From: an uncultured Candidatus Micrarchaeota archaeon
GTDB lineage: Archaea; Micrarchaeota; Micrarchaeia; Anstonellales; J096
Direction of reading: 5' to 3'
Assembly: GCA_938083015.1 (NCBI GenBank)
Contig: CALKCX010000008.1
Coordinates: 11,196 to 75,195 of the forward strand
Length of the DNA stretch: 64,000 bases
Shown here: one piece after another, positions 1 to 10,536 of the stretch
Numbering within the stretch: the stretch's first letter is position 1
Layout: each line of letters starts with the position of its first letter
Position numbers and translations under genes: made by a program
Notes under the pieces: generated by a model
The model's database searches: none
What the model was told of the DNA's origin: nothing
Seen by the model: only the letters and a program-made list of their open reading frames with translations

Positions 1-1290
1 ACCTAATGTTCTTGCATATTCTCTTAATCTCTTAGCTAATTCTATCTCTGTAGCACCGCCCCCAATTACGTATAGACCGTCTCTTAATACTGAAGCTACT
101 GCACCTATAGAATCCTTAATAGCTCTCTCTACTTCACTTACTACATGATCTGTACCTCCTCTTATGAATATGGTTACGCTTTTAGAATCTTTTGCACCTT
201 CTACGAATATCATTGCTTCACCTCCTACTTTTCTCTCTTCTACCAACTCTGCATATCCTAGGTCTTTTTCATTCAAATCTTCAATAGATGTTGCTATTCT
301 TGCTCCTGTTGCTCTTGCTAATTTATCCATATCGCTTTTCTTTACTCTTCTAGCTGCTAATATACCATGCTTGGCCAAATAGTATTGGGCAACATCATCA
401 ATACCTTTTTGTACAAATACTACGTTAGCACCTACTCCTTTTATCTTTTCCACCATTCTTCTTAGTATTTCCTCTTCTTTCTTTAGGAAAGCTTCTAATT
501 GATCTGGAGATGTTATAGATATTCTAGCATCAGTCTCCGTCTTCTCTATCTCTAAAGGAGCATCTAACAATGCTATCTTTGCTTTCTCTACTCTTTTAGG
601 CATACCACTGTGTACTACTTCTTTATCTAATACTATACCTTTTATCAAAGTAGTATCGTTTACTGAACCTCCTGCTTTTTTCTCTATTTTAATTAAATCT
701 AAATCGATTACTGTTTTGTTATCGTATTTTTCAAGTATATGTGTAACAGCATCTACTACCATTTCAGCTATCATATCTTTATCCATATCTCCGCCTATAC
801 CTTTACTTCCTAATGCTACTTTTGCTATTTTCTTTAGATTTTCCTTGTTTTTCAAATCTACTTTGCCAGCTATTTCTTTCAATTCCTCTTGAGCTTTTTT
901 CTCTGCTAATTCATATCCTCTAACAATAGTGGTAGGATGTATGTTCTTATCTATTAATTGACTAGCATTTCTAAGTAAATTTCCTGCAATTACAACAGAT
1001 GTTGTCGTACCGTCACCAACTTCTTTATCTTGAGTTTTTGCTACTTCTACTAATAACTTGGCCGTAGGATGATCTACGTTCATTTCTTGTAATATAGTTG
1101 CACCATCATTCGTTATTATTATATCTCCGAGATCACTTACTAACATCTTATCCATACCCTTAGGACCTAGAGTAGTCTTTAGAAGTTGTGCTATAGCGTA
1201 TGCTATTGCTATGTTAAGTCGCATTGCATCTCTTCCTATTACTCTCTGAGATCCTTCAGGCATGACCTCTTGTGAAATCTTGTTTGCCAT
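1..1290 (-). CDS. ths: Thermosome (group II chaperonin) subunit, 3' end runs off the window
   Basis: Manual translation from ATG at 1290: [22 protein letters not shown]...TTLGPRGMDKML...TNDGATIL...GDGTTT; GGTGATG SD upstream; not in the ORF track because it is truncated. Confidence 0.97.
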   Translation of the reverse strand, partial: MANKISQEVMPEGSQRVIGRDAMRLNIAIAYAIAQLLKTTLGPKGMDKMLVSDLGDIIITNDGATILQEMNVDHPTAKLLVEVAKTQDKEVGDGTTTSVVIAGNLLRNASQLIDKNIHPTTIVRGYELAEKKAQEELKEIAGKVDLKNKENLKKIAKVALGSKGIGGDMDKDMIAEMVVDAVTHILEKYDNKTVIDLDLIKIEKKAGGSVNDTTLIKGIVLDKEVVHSGMPKRVEKAKIALLDAPLEIEKTETDARISITSPDQLEAFLKKEEEILRRMVEKIKGVGANVVFVQKGIDDVAQYYLAKHGILAARRVKKSDMDKLARATGARIATSIEDLNEKDLGYAELVEERKVGGEAMIFVEGAKDSKSVTIFIRGGTDHVVSEVERAIKDSIGAVASVLRDGLYVIGGGATEIELAKRLREYARTLG

Positions 1291-1375
1291 TTTTCATCAC
1301 CGTTTTTATTAGAATAGAGATATTTTTTAAAACTTTATTAGTTTGGTTTTTATAGGTTATCGTGTATATAATAAC

Positions 1376-2626
1376 ATGGAAGGGTATAAGGAATTTAGAG
1401 GTTGGGTATACAGAATAAGGAAATTGGGAGATGATAAAATATTCATAGTTTTGAGAAATGCACATACTATAATTCAGGGTGTAATTAGAAAAGGAGCTGA
1501 TAGAAGATTATGGGAGATAGGAGAAAAATTATATATAGAAAGCTCAATCTTAATGGGAGGAAAAATACGTCAAGATAGTAGAGCACCTAATGGGTATGAA
1601 ATAGATATAGAGAAATTAGAACCTATACATATCGGTGAACCTTTTCCTATTTCTCGAGATCAATCTGAAGAATTTTTATTAGATAATAGGCATCTTTGGA
1701 TTAGATCTCAAAGATTGACAAAGATATTTCAGGCAAGACATTATTTGATTAAATATCTTGAAGAGTATTTACATAATAATGGTTTCTATAGATTTGATCC
1801 ACCGATAATCACAGTTTCAGGTGCAGAAGGAGGGGCAGATATGTTTGAATTAGAATATTTTAATAGAAAAGCTTATTTAACTCAAAGCTCACAGATGTAT
1901 GGAGAAGCTGGTATATTCGGATTAGAAAGAGTGTATACATTAGCTCCATCTTTTAGAGCAGAAAAGAGTAGGACGAGAAGACACTTAGCAGAGTATTGGC
2001 ATCTTGAACCAGAAGCGGCCTTTGTAGATTGGAAAGAAAACTTAAAAATACAAGAAGGTATGATAGAATACGCAGTACAGAAGTTTTTAAATAACCACCC
2101 TGAATTAGTAGAATACTTTCAAGTTAAAGATATGTTGAAGAATATCAAAGCACCATTTCCTATATTAACTTATTATCAAGCTGTAGATTTAGTAAATAGT
2201 CTAGGAGGTAAAATGGAATATGGACAAGACTTTGGTGCAGATGAAGAAGCTCTTATATCGTCAAAATACGATAGACCAGTATTTATAGTTAAATACCCTA
2301 AAAATATAAAAGCTTTCTATATGAAACAAGATCCTGATAATCCTGAATTAGTATTAAATGATGATTTAATAGCTCCGTATGGTCATGGAGAGATAATCGG
2401 TGGTAGTGAAAGAATCTGGGATTTAGAAGAGTTAAAAAATAGAATGAAAGAAGTGAATTTACCAGAAGAAAATTATAAATGGTATTTAGATTTAAGAAGA
2501 TTTGGATCAGTACCACATTCAGGATTTGGTTTAGGTATAGAGAGATTTGTTAAATTCGTACTAAATCTAGATCATATTCGAGATGCAATTCCATTCCCTA
2601 GAACTATAAATAGAGTGTATCCGTAA
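1376..2626 (+). CDS. asnS: Asparaginyl-tRNA synthetase
   Basis: Class IIb motifs YLTQSSQMY, FRAEKSRTRRHLAEYWHLEPE, PHSGFGLGIER; ATG 1376 preferred over the upstream TTG. Confidence 0.93.
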   Translation: MEGYKEFRGWVYRIRKLGDDKIFIVLRNAHTIIQGVIRKGADRRLWEIGEKLYIESSILMGGKIRQDSRAPNGYEIDIEKLEPIHIGEPFPISRDQSEEFLLDNRHLWIRSQRLTKIFQARHYLIKYLEEYLHNNGFYRFDPPIITVSGAEGGADMFELEYFNRKAYLTQSSQMYGEAGIFGLERVYTLAPSFRAEKSRTRRHLAEYWHLEPEAAFVDWKENLKIQEGMIEYAVQKFLNNHPELVEYFQVKDMLKNIKAPFPILTYYQAVDLVNSLGGKMEYGQDFGADEEALISSKYDRPVFIVKYPKNIKAFYMKQDPDNPELVLNDDLIAPYGHGEIIGGSERIWDLEELKNRMKEVNLPEENYKWYLDLRRFGSVPHSGFGLGIERFVKFVLNLDHIRDAIPFPRTINRVYP

Positions 2627-2782
2627 GATTTTTAAAGATAAATTATATAATAAATAATATGCTCAAAAATTTTTACATATCAATATATAGAAGAGATAGA
2701 GACAAGTATAATATGTTTCCGATATGTTTGAAGCTTTTTGATTTTTCTTATCTTTCTTATGTTTTTGGTGTGGTGATCTGAT

Positions 2783-3181
2783 ATGGATGGTGAAATTTTG
2801 TTTGCAACTGGTAAAGATCTAAAAGTAGGAAAATATGTATTAATAGATGGTGTACCATGTAGAGTAGTAGAAATAGATATATCCAAACCTGGGAAGCATG
2901 GAGCTGCTAAGATGAGAATTACCGGTATAGGTATATTCGGGGGAGAGAAAAAAGTATTGTTAATTCCTGCAGATGCAGAAGTACAGATACCTGTAATAAA
3001 AAGAAGAACAGCTCAGGTGTTAAGTGTAATAAACGATACTGCCCAGGTTATGGATAAAGATACATATGAGACATTTGATGTAAGTATACCAGCTGAAATG
3101 AAAGATGAAGTAGGAGAAGGTAAAGAGGTTGAAATAATAGAGGCTATGGGAATGAGACAAATTGCCCGAACATTCAAATGA
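2783..3181 (+). CDS. eif5a: Translation factor aIF5A
   Basis: Hypusine loop SKPGKHGAAK; GGTGA SD. Confidence 0.97.
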   Translation: MDGEILFATGKDLKVGKYVLIDGVPCRVVEIDISKPGKHGAAKMRITGIGIFGGEKKVLLIPADAEVQIPVIKRRTAQVLSVINDTAQVMDKDTYETFDVSIPAEMKDEVGEGKEVEIIEAMGMRQIARTFK

Positions 3182-3194
3182 TATTGGTGAGATT

Positions 3195-3491
3195 ATGAAT
3201 GTGAAAATTGTATCGAAAAGACCTAATATGATCCTGTCTAGAACCGAGTATATAGTAATCATTACATTCGAAGGGGCCACTCCTTCTATAAAGGATATAA
3301 GAAATACATTGATAACTAGTTTAGGAATTCCAGGAGATAGATTGATAATAAAGACTGTTGAACAAAAATATGGATCTAAGGAATTGAAGATAAATTGTTA
3401 TTCATACGAAAAACTAGATGTGTTGAAACAAATAGAGCCCGCATACGTATTAAGAAGAAACGGTCTATTGAATTCAGAACCTTCTAGATGA
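3195..3491 (+). CDS. rps24e: 30S ribosomal protein S24e
   Basis: N..LSRTE...GATPS...YG...YS...IEP..L.RN pattern; GGTGA SD before ATG 3195. Confidence 0.88.
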   Translation: MNVKIVSKRPNMILSRTEYIVIITFEGATPSIKDIRNTLITSLGIPGDRLIIKTVEQKYGSKELKINCYSYEKLDVLKQIEPAYVLRRNGLLNSEPSR

Positions 3492-3536
3492 TGACACCGT
3501 TCCAGTCTGACAGGTGATGACCAGAGTAGCTTCTGA
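3488..3536 (+). ncRNA. Box C/D guide sRNA 1
   Basis: C ATGATGA 3488-3494, 12-nt guide, D' CTGA 3507-3510, C' GTGATGA 3514-3520, 12-nt guide, D CTGA 3533-3536. Confidence 0.93.
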
Positions 3537-4205
3537 CTATTTTTCTAATTTTTTTATCAATTCCAATATTTTATTCAAATCCAATTCATCAGGTCTAAGG
3601 TTAGAATATTCATTAGGAACATTATCTAATATGTTTTTTATTTTCTTATTCTTATGAGAAAACAGTAATGTTACCCATTTATCAAATATCTTATCTCTAT
3701 CTCTTAGTTTCTCTATCTTAACAATTGTAGAGTCTACCTTTGGTATAGGACTAAAACAGTATTTACTTACTATCTTCAAAGGTCTAATATTAAAATAATA
3801 TTTACTAGATACAGATAGTCTACCATATCTTGGATTATCCGGAGTCATTAACATCTTATCTACGAATTCTTTTTGAAACATCAATATAGCTGATTTAAAT
3901 TTCCAATCTAAAAGTTTAAACAATATCGAAGATGAAATGTAATAAGGAATGTTACCTACAATGTAATCTACATCGAAAGGTTCTAATTCTAGAAAATCAC
4001 CTATAATTGTATTTTTTGTAATCTGTTTAAGTTTTGATTCAAATCTAGAATCAATCTCTACTGCCCAAACCTCTCCTTTTTCTATTAATAATTTTGTTAA
4101 TCTTCCATCTCCTGCCCCTATTTCAAGAATTTTACCATTAACTTGTTCTGCTATAAAAGATAATACTTTATTGTCTTTTAAGAATACTTGTCCTAATCTG
4201 TTCAT
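3537..4205 (-). CDS. rsmA: 16S rRNA m6,2A dimethyltransferase KsgA/Dim1
   Basis: LGQVFL, EIGAGDG, GNIPYYIS, YGRLSV, FSPIPKVDS. Confidence 0.95.
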   Translation of the reverse strand: MNRLGQVFLKDNKVLSFIAEQVNGKILEIGAGDGRLTKLLIEKGEVWAVEIDSRFESKLKQITKNTIIGDFLELEPFDVDYIVGNIPYYISSSILFKLLDWKFKSAILMFQKEFVDKMLMTPDNPRYGRLSVSSKYYFNIRPLKIVSKYCFSPIPKVDSTIVKIEKLRDRDKIFDKWVTLLFSHKNKKIKNILDNVPNEYSNLRPDELDLNKILELIKKLEK

Positions 4206-5190
4206 AACTATATCTTAATGGATCTAATAAAAGATAATCGACCTTATGTAATTTATCTAATTGATCTACTCCTGTAAGAAACATTGCACCTTTAAGTTGA
4301 GATATTACTATATCGATTAGTCGATAGTCTTCTTTAATAACAGCTTCTAGAAATGGTCTGGCCATACCAAACATCTCTGCCCCAAGTACCAGGCATTTAT
4401 ATCCGTCTATACCATCACGAATCCCCCCGCTTGCTAAGAGCTTTACCTCTTTTTTATTCATCAATAATGCCAATGCCGTAGGTATCCCCCAATCTTGAAA
4501 TCCTGGAACAGCATTAGGGTTTCTCATATATTCTATTCTAGTCCAACTAGTTCCACCTGCACCAGCAACATCATAATACAATACTTTTGAATGTTTTAAG
4601 TTATCTATTACTCTATAACTTAGACCTGCTCCAACTTCTTTGACAATTACATTTAAGTTATCTGCTAATTCAATGATTTTATCTCTTACCCCTTCCCAAT
4701 TTAGATCACCTCCTTGGATTAGCTCTTGAGCAGGATTTAGATGAATTGCTATAGCATCTGCTTCTATACTATTAACAGCATCGATTATTTGAGATATACT
4801 GTATTCTTTAAGTTGCACACCTCCTATGTTAGCTATTAAAAATATATCTCTTGCCTTTTTAACATCATACGTATACTTAAGTGAAGGATTTTTTAACATT
4901 GCCCGTATACTTCCTAATCCTAATGGTATATTATATTTGTAAGCTAGATCTGCTAATTTAGAATTTATTCTCTCAGCTTCTTGGTATCCTCCTGTCATTC
5001 CCGAGATGTATATAGGGTAGTTAAAAACTCTATTAAACAGTTTTGTTTTCGTATCTATCTTATAATAATCTATCTCTGGTAAAGGGTTGTTTATTAGCAT
5101 TACGTATTCTAACCAATTAGATATTTTATATTGAGATTCTTGCTTAAGAGAATTTATCACATGTTCATATTTTCTTCTTTCTATATCCAT
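4168..5190 (-). CDS. fni: Type 2 isopentenyl-diphosphate isomerase
   Basis: RRK.EH, ISGMTGG, HLNPAQE, KEVG, GAGGTSW, SGGIRDG. Confidence 0.96.
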   Translation of the reverse strand: MDIERRKYEHVINSLKQESQYKISNWLEYVMLINNPLPEIDYYKIDTKTKLFNRVFNYPIYISGMTGGYQEAERINSKLADLAYKYNIPLGLGSIRAMLKNPSLKYTYDVKKARDIFLIANIGGVQLKEYSISQIIDAVNSIEADAIAIHLNPAQELIQGGDLNWEGVRDKIIELADNLNVIVKEVGAGLSYRVIDNLKHSKVLYYDVAGAGGTSWTRIEYMRNPNAVPGFQDWGIPTALALLMNKKEVKLLASGGIRDGIDGYKCLVLGAEMFGMARPFLEAVIKEDYRLIDIVISQLKGAMFLTGVDQLDKLHKVDYLLLDPLRYSYEQIRTSILKRQ

Positions 5191-5232
5191 AATTTGATAT
5201 TGCTATTTATTTTTAAAGCATTTTATTTATAT

Positions 5233-5961
5233 ATGGTACTTTTAGATTTTGGAATGAAGATTGTAAAAGAAGGAGGAGAGATTTTAAAGAAAAGATTTTA
5301 CGAAAACATTCAAGAATACCAGAAGGGATTTGCAGATATAGTTACAGATGTAGATAAAGAAGTGGAAAATTATATAATAAAACGAATAAAAGATGAATAT
5401 CCTAATCATATGATATTGTCAGAAGAAATCGGAGAAATTGGAAAAGGTGATTATCTATGGATACTAGATCCAATAGACGGTACGACTAATTTTAGACATC
5501 ACATACCATATTTTGCAATTAGTCTTGCTTTGAAACATAAAAACAATACAATACTCGGAATAGTCTATAATCCAATATTGGATGAAATGTATTATGGATA
5601 TGAAGGTGCTTATCTAAATGGAATACCTATAAGACCATTAGAAGATATAGAACTTGATAAAGCTTTTCTAGGTATATGCCATTCTAATGATAAGTTAAGT
5701 ATTGATAGATTTGTCGCAGCTACAAGTTATTACAAATATAAGGTTAGAGAAATAAGAAGATTAGGTTGTGCTTCATTAGAAATATCTTACGTAGCATCGG
5801 GTAGATTAGGGGCATTTTTTGGTTATAATCTAAAACCTTGGGACTATGAAGGTGCTTTACATATAGCTAAGCAAGCAGGTTGTTATATAGAAACTCATGG
5901 AAATGATGTTAAAGTCTATGGATCGAGAAATATTAAAGCAAAATTAGAATTCGATCCATAA
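5233..5961 (+). CDS. suhB: Inositol monophosphatase / FBPase-IMPase family
   Basis: VTDVD, LSEE, WILDPIDGTTNF, KPWD motifs; ATG 5233 likely start. Confidence 0.92.
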   Translation: MVLLDFGMKIVKEGGEILKKRFYENIQEYQKGFADIVTDVDKEVENYIIKRIKDEYPNHMILSEEIGEIGKGDYLWILDPIDGTTNFRHHIPYFAISLALKHKNNTILGIVYNPILDEMYYGYEGAYLNGIPIRPLEDIELDKAFLGICHSNDKLSIDRFVAATSYYKYKVREIRRLGCASLEISYVASGRLGAFFGYNLKPWDYEGALHIAKQAGCYIETHGNDVKVYGSRNIKAKLEFDP

Positions 5962-5966
5962 TACTA

Positions 5967-6039
5967 TGGGCCTGCCAGGATTCGAACCTGGGATCTCCGC
6001 TGTGTAAGAGCGGCGTCTTAACCCCTCGACTACAGGCCC
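5967..6039 (-). tRNA. tRNA-Val(UAC), no intron, CCA not encoded
   Basis: Reverse complement GGGCCTG...CCGCT-CTTACAC-AGCGG...GGTTCGAATCC..CAGGCCCA folds as a cloverleaf. Confidence 0.97.
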
Positions 6040-6063
6040 TGTTTTTATATAGTAAAATAAGAT

Positions 6064-7485
6064 TTAAAAAGTAACACTTAGCAATTCCATGTTACGCAAA
6101 TTTAATATATACCCATAACCTACGTCTGGATTTAAATTAACTTTCTTCTGAAATGGAGTTTGATCTTGAAATGTACCTGGATTGATTATATACATACCTT
6201 TATACTTTATATGAAATCTCTTATGAATATGACCAAGAGGTAATACATGTGGTAGATCATCTATAACAAGCATATCATCATCAAATGGGGCCACAGGATT
6301 TCCATTTAATATTGACGATAAATGCCTTCTCTTTATCATTTCAATAGCAGCTTTGCCTCCATCTTGATAACTCATACCAGGAATAGTGTTTATATAAGAA
6401 TCAAGAGAAGTACCATGATAGATTAGATGTTTTACCCCATGTATATCTACATAAACTGGATTTGGTAAAGAGTATTTATACCTATCTACAAGATCTTTCA
6501 ATATTATATAATTGGGCTCATTTCTCATAGTAGCATCGTGATTACCAGGTATAAATATTGGAATTACATGATCAGGCAAGCTTTCTATAAAATCCATGAA
6601 TAGCTTGTATTGTTTATCTATCTCTGTTATTTCTAATTCTTTTTCTTGTTCAGGATATATACCTATTCCTTCTACATTGTCTCCGATAATTACTAGATAT
6701 TTTATAAAACTAGCTCTTTCATTATACTTTAGAAAGTCTATTACTTTGTATATTTTACGTTTATTAGTATGTTTACTACCAAAATGTAAATCCGATATGT
6801 ATAATATGCCGACATCGTATTCTGTTTTCTTAGCTAATATTTGTCTGCTAACATCCGGGTATTCTATATCTTTTACTATTCCTATATTGCCTAACCATTC
6901 AGCTTTAACTCTTATAACATCATCTTCTAACAAAGTATTTCTTTTTTCAAATAATGGATCGTCTTTTTTAATTACAAATCTTCTAATACCAAAATCATCG
7001 TAATTTCGATTACTAATCTCTAAATCTAATACCAGATTTCCTTCTTTAGATATATTTTTTCTAAATATCATACCAATAACTTGGACTTTTCTTTTAATAT
7101 TATCTAAATCATGATAATCATCAATATCAACATATTCATCGTTGATTTCTGGTGGAAACAATTTCGATATTTTCATATACCTTGATCTATAGAGATTTAC
7201 GAAATTATCTATATTGCCGACTATCTTTAATGGATTTTCATACTTTCTTACCTTTATATCTTCTTCTATATCACGAGCCAGTATTTGTTTACGGTTAACT
7301 ACTTCTACTAATTCAGCTCTTTTTTCCAGTATATTTATTATCTTAGATCTATCTAAGACTAATATAGAATATCGTTTAGAGTATTCTACAATATACTTGA
7401 TTTCTTCTTCTGAACATTTTAATAATAGATCTTCTGCATCTTTATAAAATCTTATACCATTTGCTCTTAAGATATCTAAATTCAT
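6064..7485 (-). CDS. DNA polymerase D small subunit DP1 (proofreading exonuclease)
   Basis: OB region then calcineurin-like motifs SDLHFGS, GDNVEGIGIYPEQ, PGNHD, YHG, GHIH, GTFQDQTPFQ. Confidence 0.95.
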   Translation of the reverse strand: MNLDILRANGIRFYKDAEDLLLKCSEEEIKYIVEYSKRYSILVLDRSKIINILEKRAELVEVVNRKQILARDIEEDIKVRKYENPLKIVGNIDNFVNLYRSRYMKISKLFPPEINDEYVDIDDYHDLDNIKRKVQVIGMIFRKNISKEGNLVLDLEISNRNYDDFGIRRFVIKKDDPLFEKRNTLLEDDVIRVKAEWLGNIGIVKDIEYPDVSRQILAKKTEYDVGILYISDLHFGSKHTNKRKIYKVIDFLKYNERASFIKYLVIIGDNVEGIGIYPEQEKELEITEIDKQYKLFMDFIESLPDHVIPIFIPGNHDATMRNEPNYIILKDLVDRYKYSLPNPVYVDIHGVKHLIYHGTSLDSYINTIPGMSYQDGGKAAIEMIKRRHLSSILNGNPVAPFDDDMLVIDDLPHVLPLGHIHKRFHIKYKGMYIINPGTFQDQTPFQKKVNLNPDVGYGYILNLRNMELLSVTF

Positions 7486-7727
7486 TTTCTTGCCTCAAGC
7501 TCTGATATAAGATGCATTATTTTTATTCGTGAATGTTGACTTATATTTATATCGTTTACAGCTTTATCCAGTTCATATATGGCCAAACTTGCCCTAACAT
7601 TGATTGGTTTAGAACTATCGCTTAATATATTCTTAGCATTCATAAGTCCATTTCTTACGTTTTTAGGAATATTTTTTTCATTTAATAATCCATTGATTGC
7701 CTCTACAATGTCATCAAAATTATTCAT
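7482..7727 (-). CDS. UPF0147 family protein
   Basis: IPKNVR...A...L...ND.NI..H.R..I pattern of the archaeal UPF0147 family. Confidence 0.85.
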   Translation of the reverse strand: MNNFDDIVEAINGLLNEKNIPKNVRNGLMNAKNILSDSSKPINVRASLAIYELDKAVNDINISQHSRIKIMHLISELEARK

Positions 7728-7794
7728 AAAAATTCACCAATATTTTTTTATCAGATCGTTTTTTAAAATTATCTTAGAATGATAAAACATAATT

Positions 7795-8427
7795 ATGAAA
7801 GACGATTTATTACTATTTGGTGAATATAGAGAAGCATTGTATAAAGCTTTATATGAAGACAATGTCACAGTATCTAATATAAACTTATTTATGATATGGG
7901 CCAAGAAAGAATTGCCTAATAGTTTACTAAATCTTGGTATTAGTAATGAAGAATTCTTAAAAGCTGCTTTAAAGATTATAATCAATAGTAATGGTAATAT
8001 AATAGAATTCTATAATGATTTAGATAGTAGAAAATACAGAAAGATTTTATTCTTACTTCTAGATAAGGCGAGACAAATAGAGATATTGAATCTTGATCCC
8101 GAGGCATTAGAATTTTTAAAAGATGCAAATAAAAACATAATAGAACAAAATCTCGATTTTTTGATATCTATAGCTAAAAATCCTAAACATCCTAATCAAT
8201 ATCTGGCCATATCTTTATTATCTAAAATCGTAGATAATGATAAAGTAAAAGAATTATATAAAGAATTATTATACGATTGGGATGAAAATGTTAGAAGATC
8301 TGTATTGATTGCAATTAGAGATAGTCGAAATCGAGAGTTAATAGAATACGTAAAAATCTTTAGTTCTGAAGAAGATGATGAAACTAATTTAAAAATAATT
8401 AAAGATATTTTAGATTATGGAAGGTAG
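7795..8427 (+). CDS. HEAT-repeat protein
   Basis: Helical protein with C-terminal LLYDWDENVRRSVLIAI HEAT-like repeat. Confidence 0.6.
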   Translation: MKDDLLLFGEYREALYKALYEDNVTVSNINLFMIWAKKELPNSLLNLGISNEEFLKAALKIIINSNGNIIEFYNDLDSRKYRKILFLLLDKARQIEILNLDPEALEFLKDANKNIIEQNLDFLISIAKNPKHPNQYLAISLLSKIVDNDKVKELYKELLYDWDENVRRSVLIAIRDSRNRELIEYVKIFSSEEDDETNLKIIKDILDYGR

Positions 8428-8914
8428 TCTTTTAGTACCTAAGGTAAGGGTAGAATATTTTAGAAAAATTAAAGATAAATTGAATGATTTAGGTATTAAG
8501 ATAAGCTTAGAAGATAATAAGCTTGTATACGATTGCGAAGACCCATATATTGGTAGAATGATATTGACTGCAATTGCTAGAGGTTTTGATCTTGAAAACG
8601 CGATGATATTGCAAGATCCAGATTATTCTCTTTATATTATTGATCTAGACGAGTTTTTTAATACACAAAATAGAATTCGAGTAATAAAAGGAAGAGTAAT
8701 TGGTAGAGAAGGTAGTATAAAAATTGCAATAGAAGAAGCTACTAATAGTAAAATTGCAATATTTTATAATACAATAGCTGTAATAGCTCCTTATTATAGT
8801 TATAATTACGTAATTCGAGCTATTAATATGTTAATAAACGGTAGTAAACATGCTTCGGTATTGAATTTTCTGTCTAAAGCTAAAGATATGATAAAATTAG
8901 AAAGATTAAGATGA
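8417..8914 (+). CDS. KH-domain pre-rRNA processing protein (Dim2/Pno1 family)
   Basis: AIARGF, RIKGRVIGREG...IEE.T, INMLINGSKH..V. Confidence 0.9.
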   Translation: MEGSLLVPKVRVEYFRKIKDKLNDLGIKISLEDNKLVYDCEDPYIGRMILTAIARGFDLENAMILQDPDYSLYIIDLDEFFNTQNRIRVIKGRVIGREGSIKIAIEEATNSKIAIFYNTIAVIAPYYSYNYVIRAINMLINGSKHASVLNFLSKAKDMIKLERLR

Positions 8915-9465
8915 CAATAGAACAGATAAGAAAAGAGTATAGGCCTGAGATTAAACAAGAACAGAAGACGTATATTAATCAAAAGACTAAGCAAAAGATG
9001 GATGAAATGATGAAAGAAATAGCTAGAAGACAAACTATTGACAATACGATAAATCAAATTTACAATTCTTCAAAAGAAGAGATTGATGCAGAATTGAAGA
9101 ATAGAATGGGCTATAAGGATTTTGAAGAATTTAGATATGATGTAGATAGAATAATTAGAGATAGTAAATATAGAGAAGTATTAAAGAAGATAGATGAGAA
9201 ATTTCCAGAATTATCAAAGTTATTAGCTAATAAAGGTAATCTAATACTAAATTATTATATTATTAGACATGTGTTGCCGTATTTATTCGCAGGTGGAATG
9301 AGTAAAAAGAAGATCTTAGAAATTATAGAAAAGCTATTAGATAAGATGATAATTTACCCTAATTTTAGACAATTCTTTAAGAAGTTTGAAGAGTTTCTTA
9401 AAAAATATGCTACTCCGGATGGTGAAGCTGTTCGTATATTCATATCGACAGAGATGTGGAAATGA
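8911..9465 (+). CDS. Hypothetical protein (orphan)
   Basis: 184-aa ORF translationally coupled to its neighbours; no recognised motif. Confidence 0.6.
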   Translation: MTIEQIRKEYRPEIKQEQKTYINQKTKQKMDEMMKEIARRQTIDNTINQIYNSSKEEIDAELKNRMGYKDFEEFRYDVDRIIRDSKYREVLKKIDEKFPELSKLLANKGNLILNYYIIRHVLPYLFAGGMSKKKILEIIEKLLDKMIIYPNFRQFFKKFEEFLKKYATPDGEAVRIFISTEMWK

Positions 9466-10514
9466 CAGATATCTGGGATGAATTGGAAAGCGTACTTGAA
9501 GAGAATTTTCAAACAGATTATACATTGGCAAAAAATATAATTAGGAATGCTTATAAAGGTAGTTTTAGAGATATATTCTTTTTATCAATTTTGATTGATG
9601 ATCTTAAAGAAATTGATTACAAAGGTGAAAATGTTGAAACATATGTTCTTGTATGGGAAAGTTTACCTAGAAGCTATGGTGTTACGCCTTATGGTAGATA
9701 CTCTGATCCAGAATTCAAATTAGTCGTTAGTAACAATTTAGTAACATTAAACGGCAATGTGATAAATATGAAGTTAGATATAGATAATGTAACTATCTAT
9801 GGAATATGGGATAGGTTAGAAAAATCTATATTCATGAGTGATATCAACTCTTTGAATTTAAGTAAGGCCAATATTATATATATGCATCATGCTAATGGTA
9901 AAATAGAAGGGTGGACTATAAAGAAAGATCGTTTACCAACAGAATTATTACTTGCTTTAGCAGAAGCTGAAAAAAGAGGATATGGTGGGATAATTCGAGA
10001 TAATGTATTTTTTCCCACTAAAAAGTATATGTTAGAAGATGAGGTATATACTAAAAATATTACATCGCCAAATCAACATGAAAGATATAAGCTAATGTTA
10101 AGAGCAAGAAACTTCTATAAGTTTGCTGGTAATTTTATGGGAAATGTGATGAAATATCTTGAACAGGATAATGAACAATACGATCCGAGAAATACAAAGG
10201 TAGTTGTGCCCAAGAACTTACTACCAGAAATAGGAGAACACGTATCTTTGACATTACTTGAAACTGTAGTTGCATTTATAAATAGAAAAAATCTAGGTAG
10301 CTTTGTAATATTCCCTATAGGTAACGATATGTGGAAAATTAGAGAAAGTAAATACTATCAACCCGGAGATAGAGTGATAAGTTATTCATTGTTAGATCAA
10401 AATAGATTGAAGATTGATGTAAACTTAGGCAATGCCTTTTTCGATTACTTTTTATCAAAAACTTATCTTTACTATATTTCTAAATCTAAAGATGGAAAAA
10501 TCGTGATTATTTAA
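9456..10514 (+). CDS. Hypothetical protein (orphan)
   Basis: 352-aa ORF; no recognised motif. Confidence 0.65.
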   Translation: MEMTDIWDELESVLEENFQTDYTLAKNIIRNAYKGSFRDIFFLSILIDDLKEIDYKGENVETYVLVWESLPRSYGVTPYGRYSDPEFKLVVSNNLVTLNGNVINMKLDIDNVTIYGIWDRLEKSIFMSDINSLNLSKANIIYMHHANGKIEGWTIKKDRLPTELLLALAEAEKRGYGGIIRDNVFFPTKKYMLEDEVYTKNITSPNQHERYKLMLRARNFYKFAGNFMGNVMKYLEQDNEQYDPRNTKVVVPKNLLPEIGEHVSLTLLETVVAFINRKNLGSFVIFPIGNDMWKIRESKYYQPGDRVISYSLLDQNRLKIDVNLGNAFFDYFLSKTYLYYISKSKDGKIVII

Positions 10515-10536
10515 AATTATCTATGATAATATTAAT

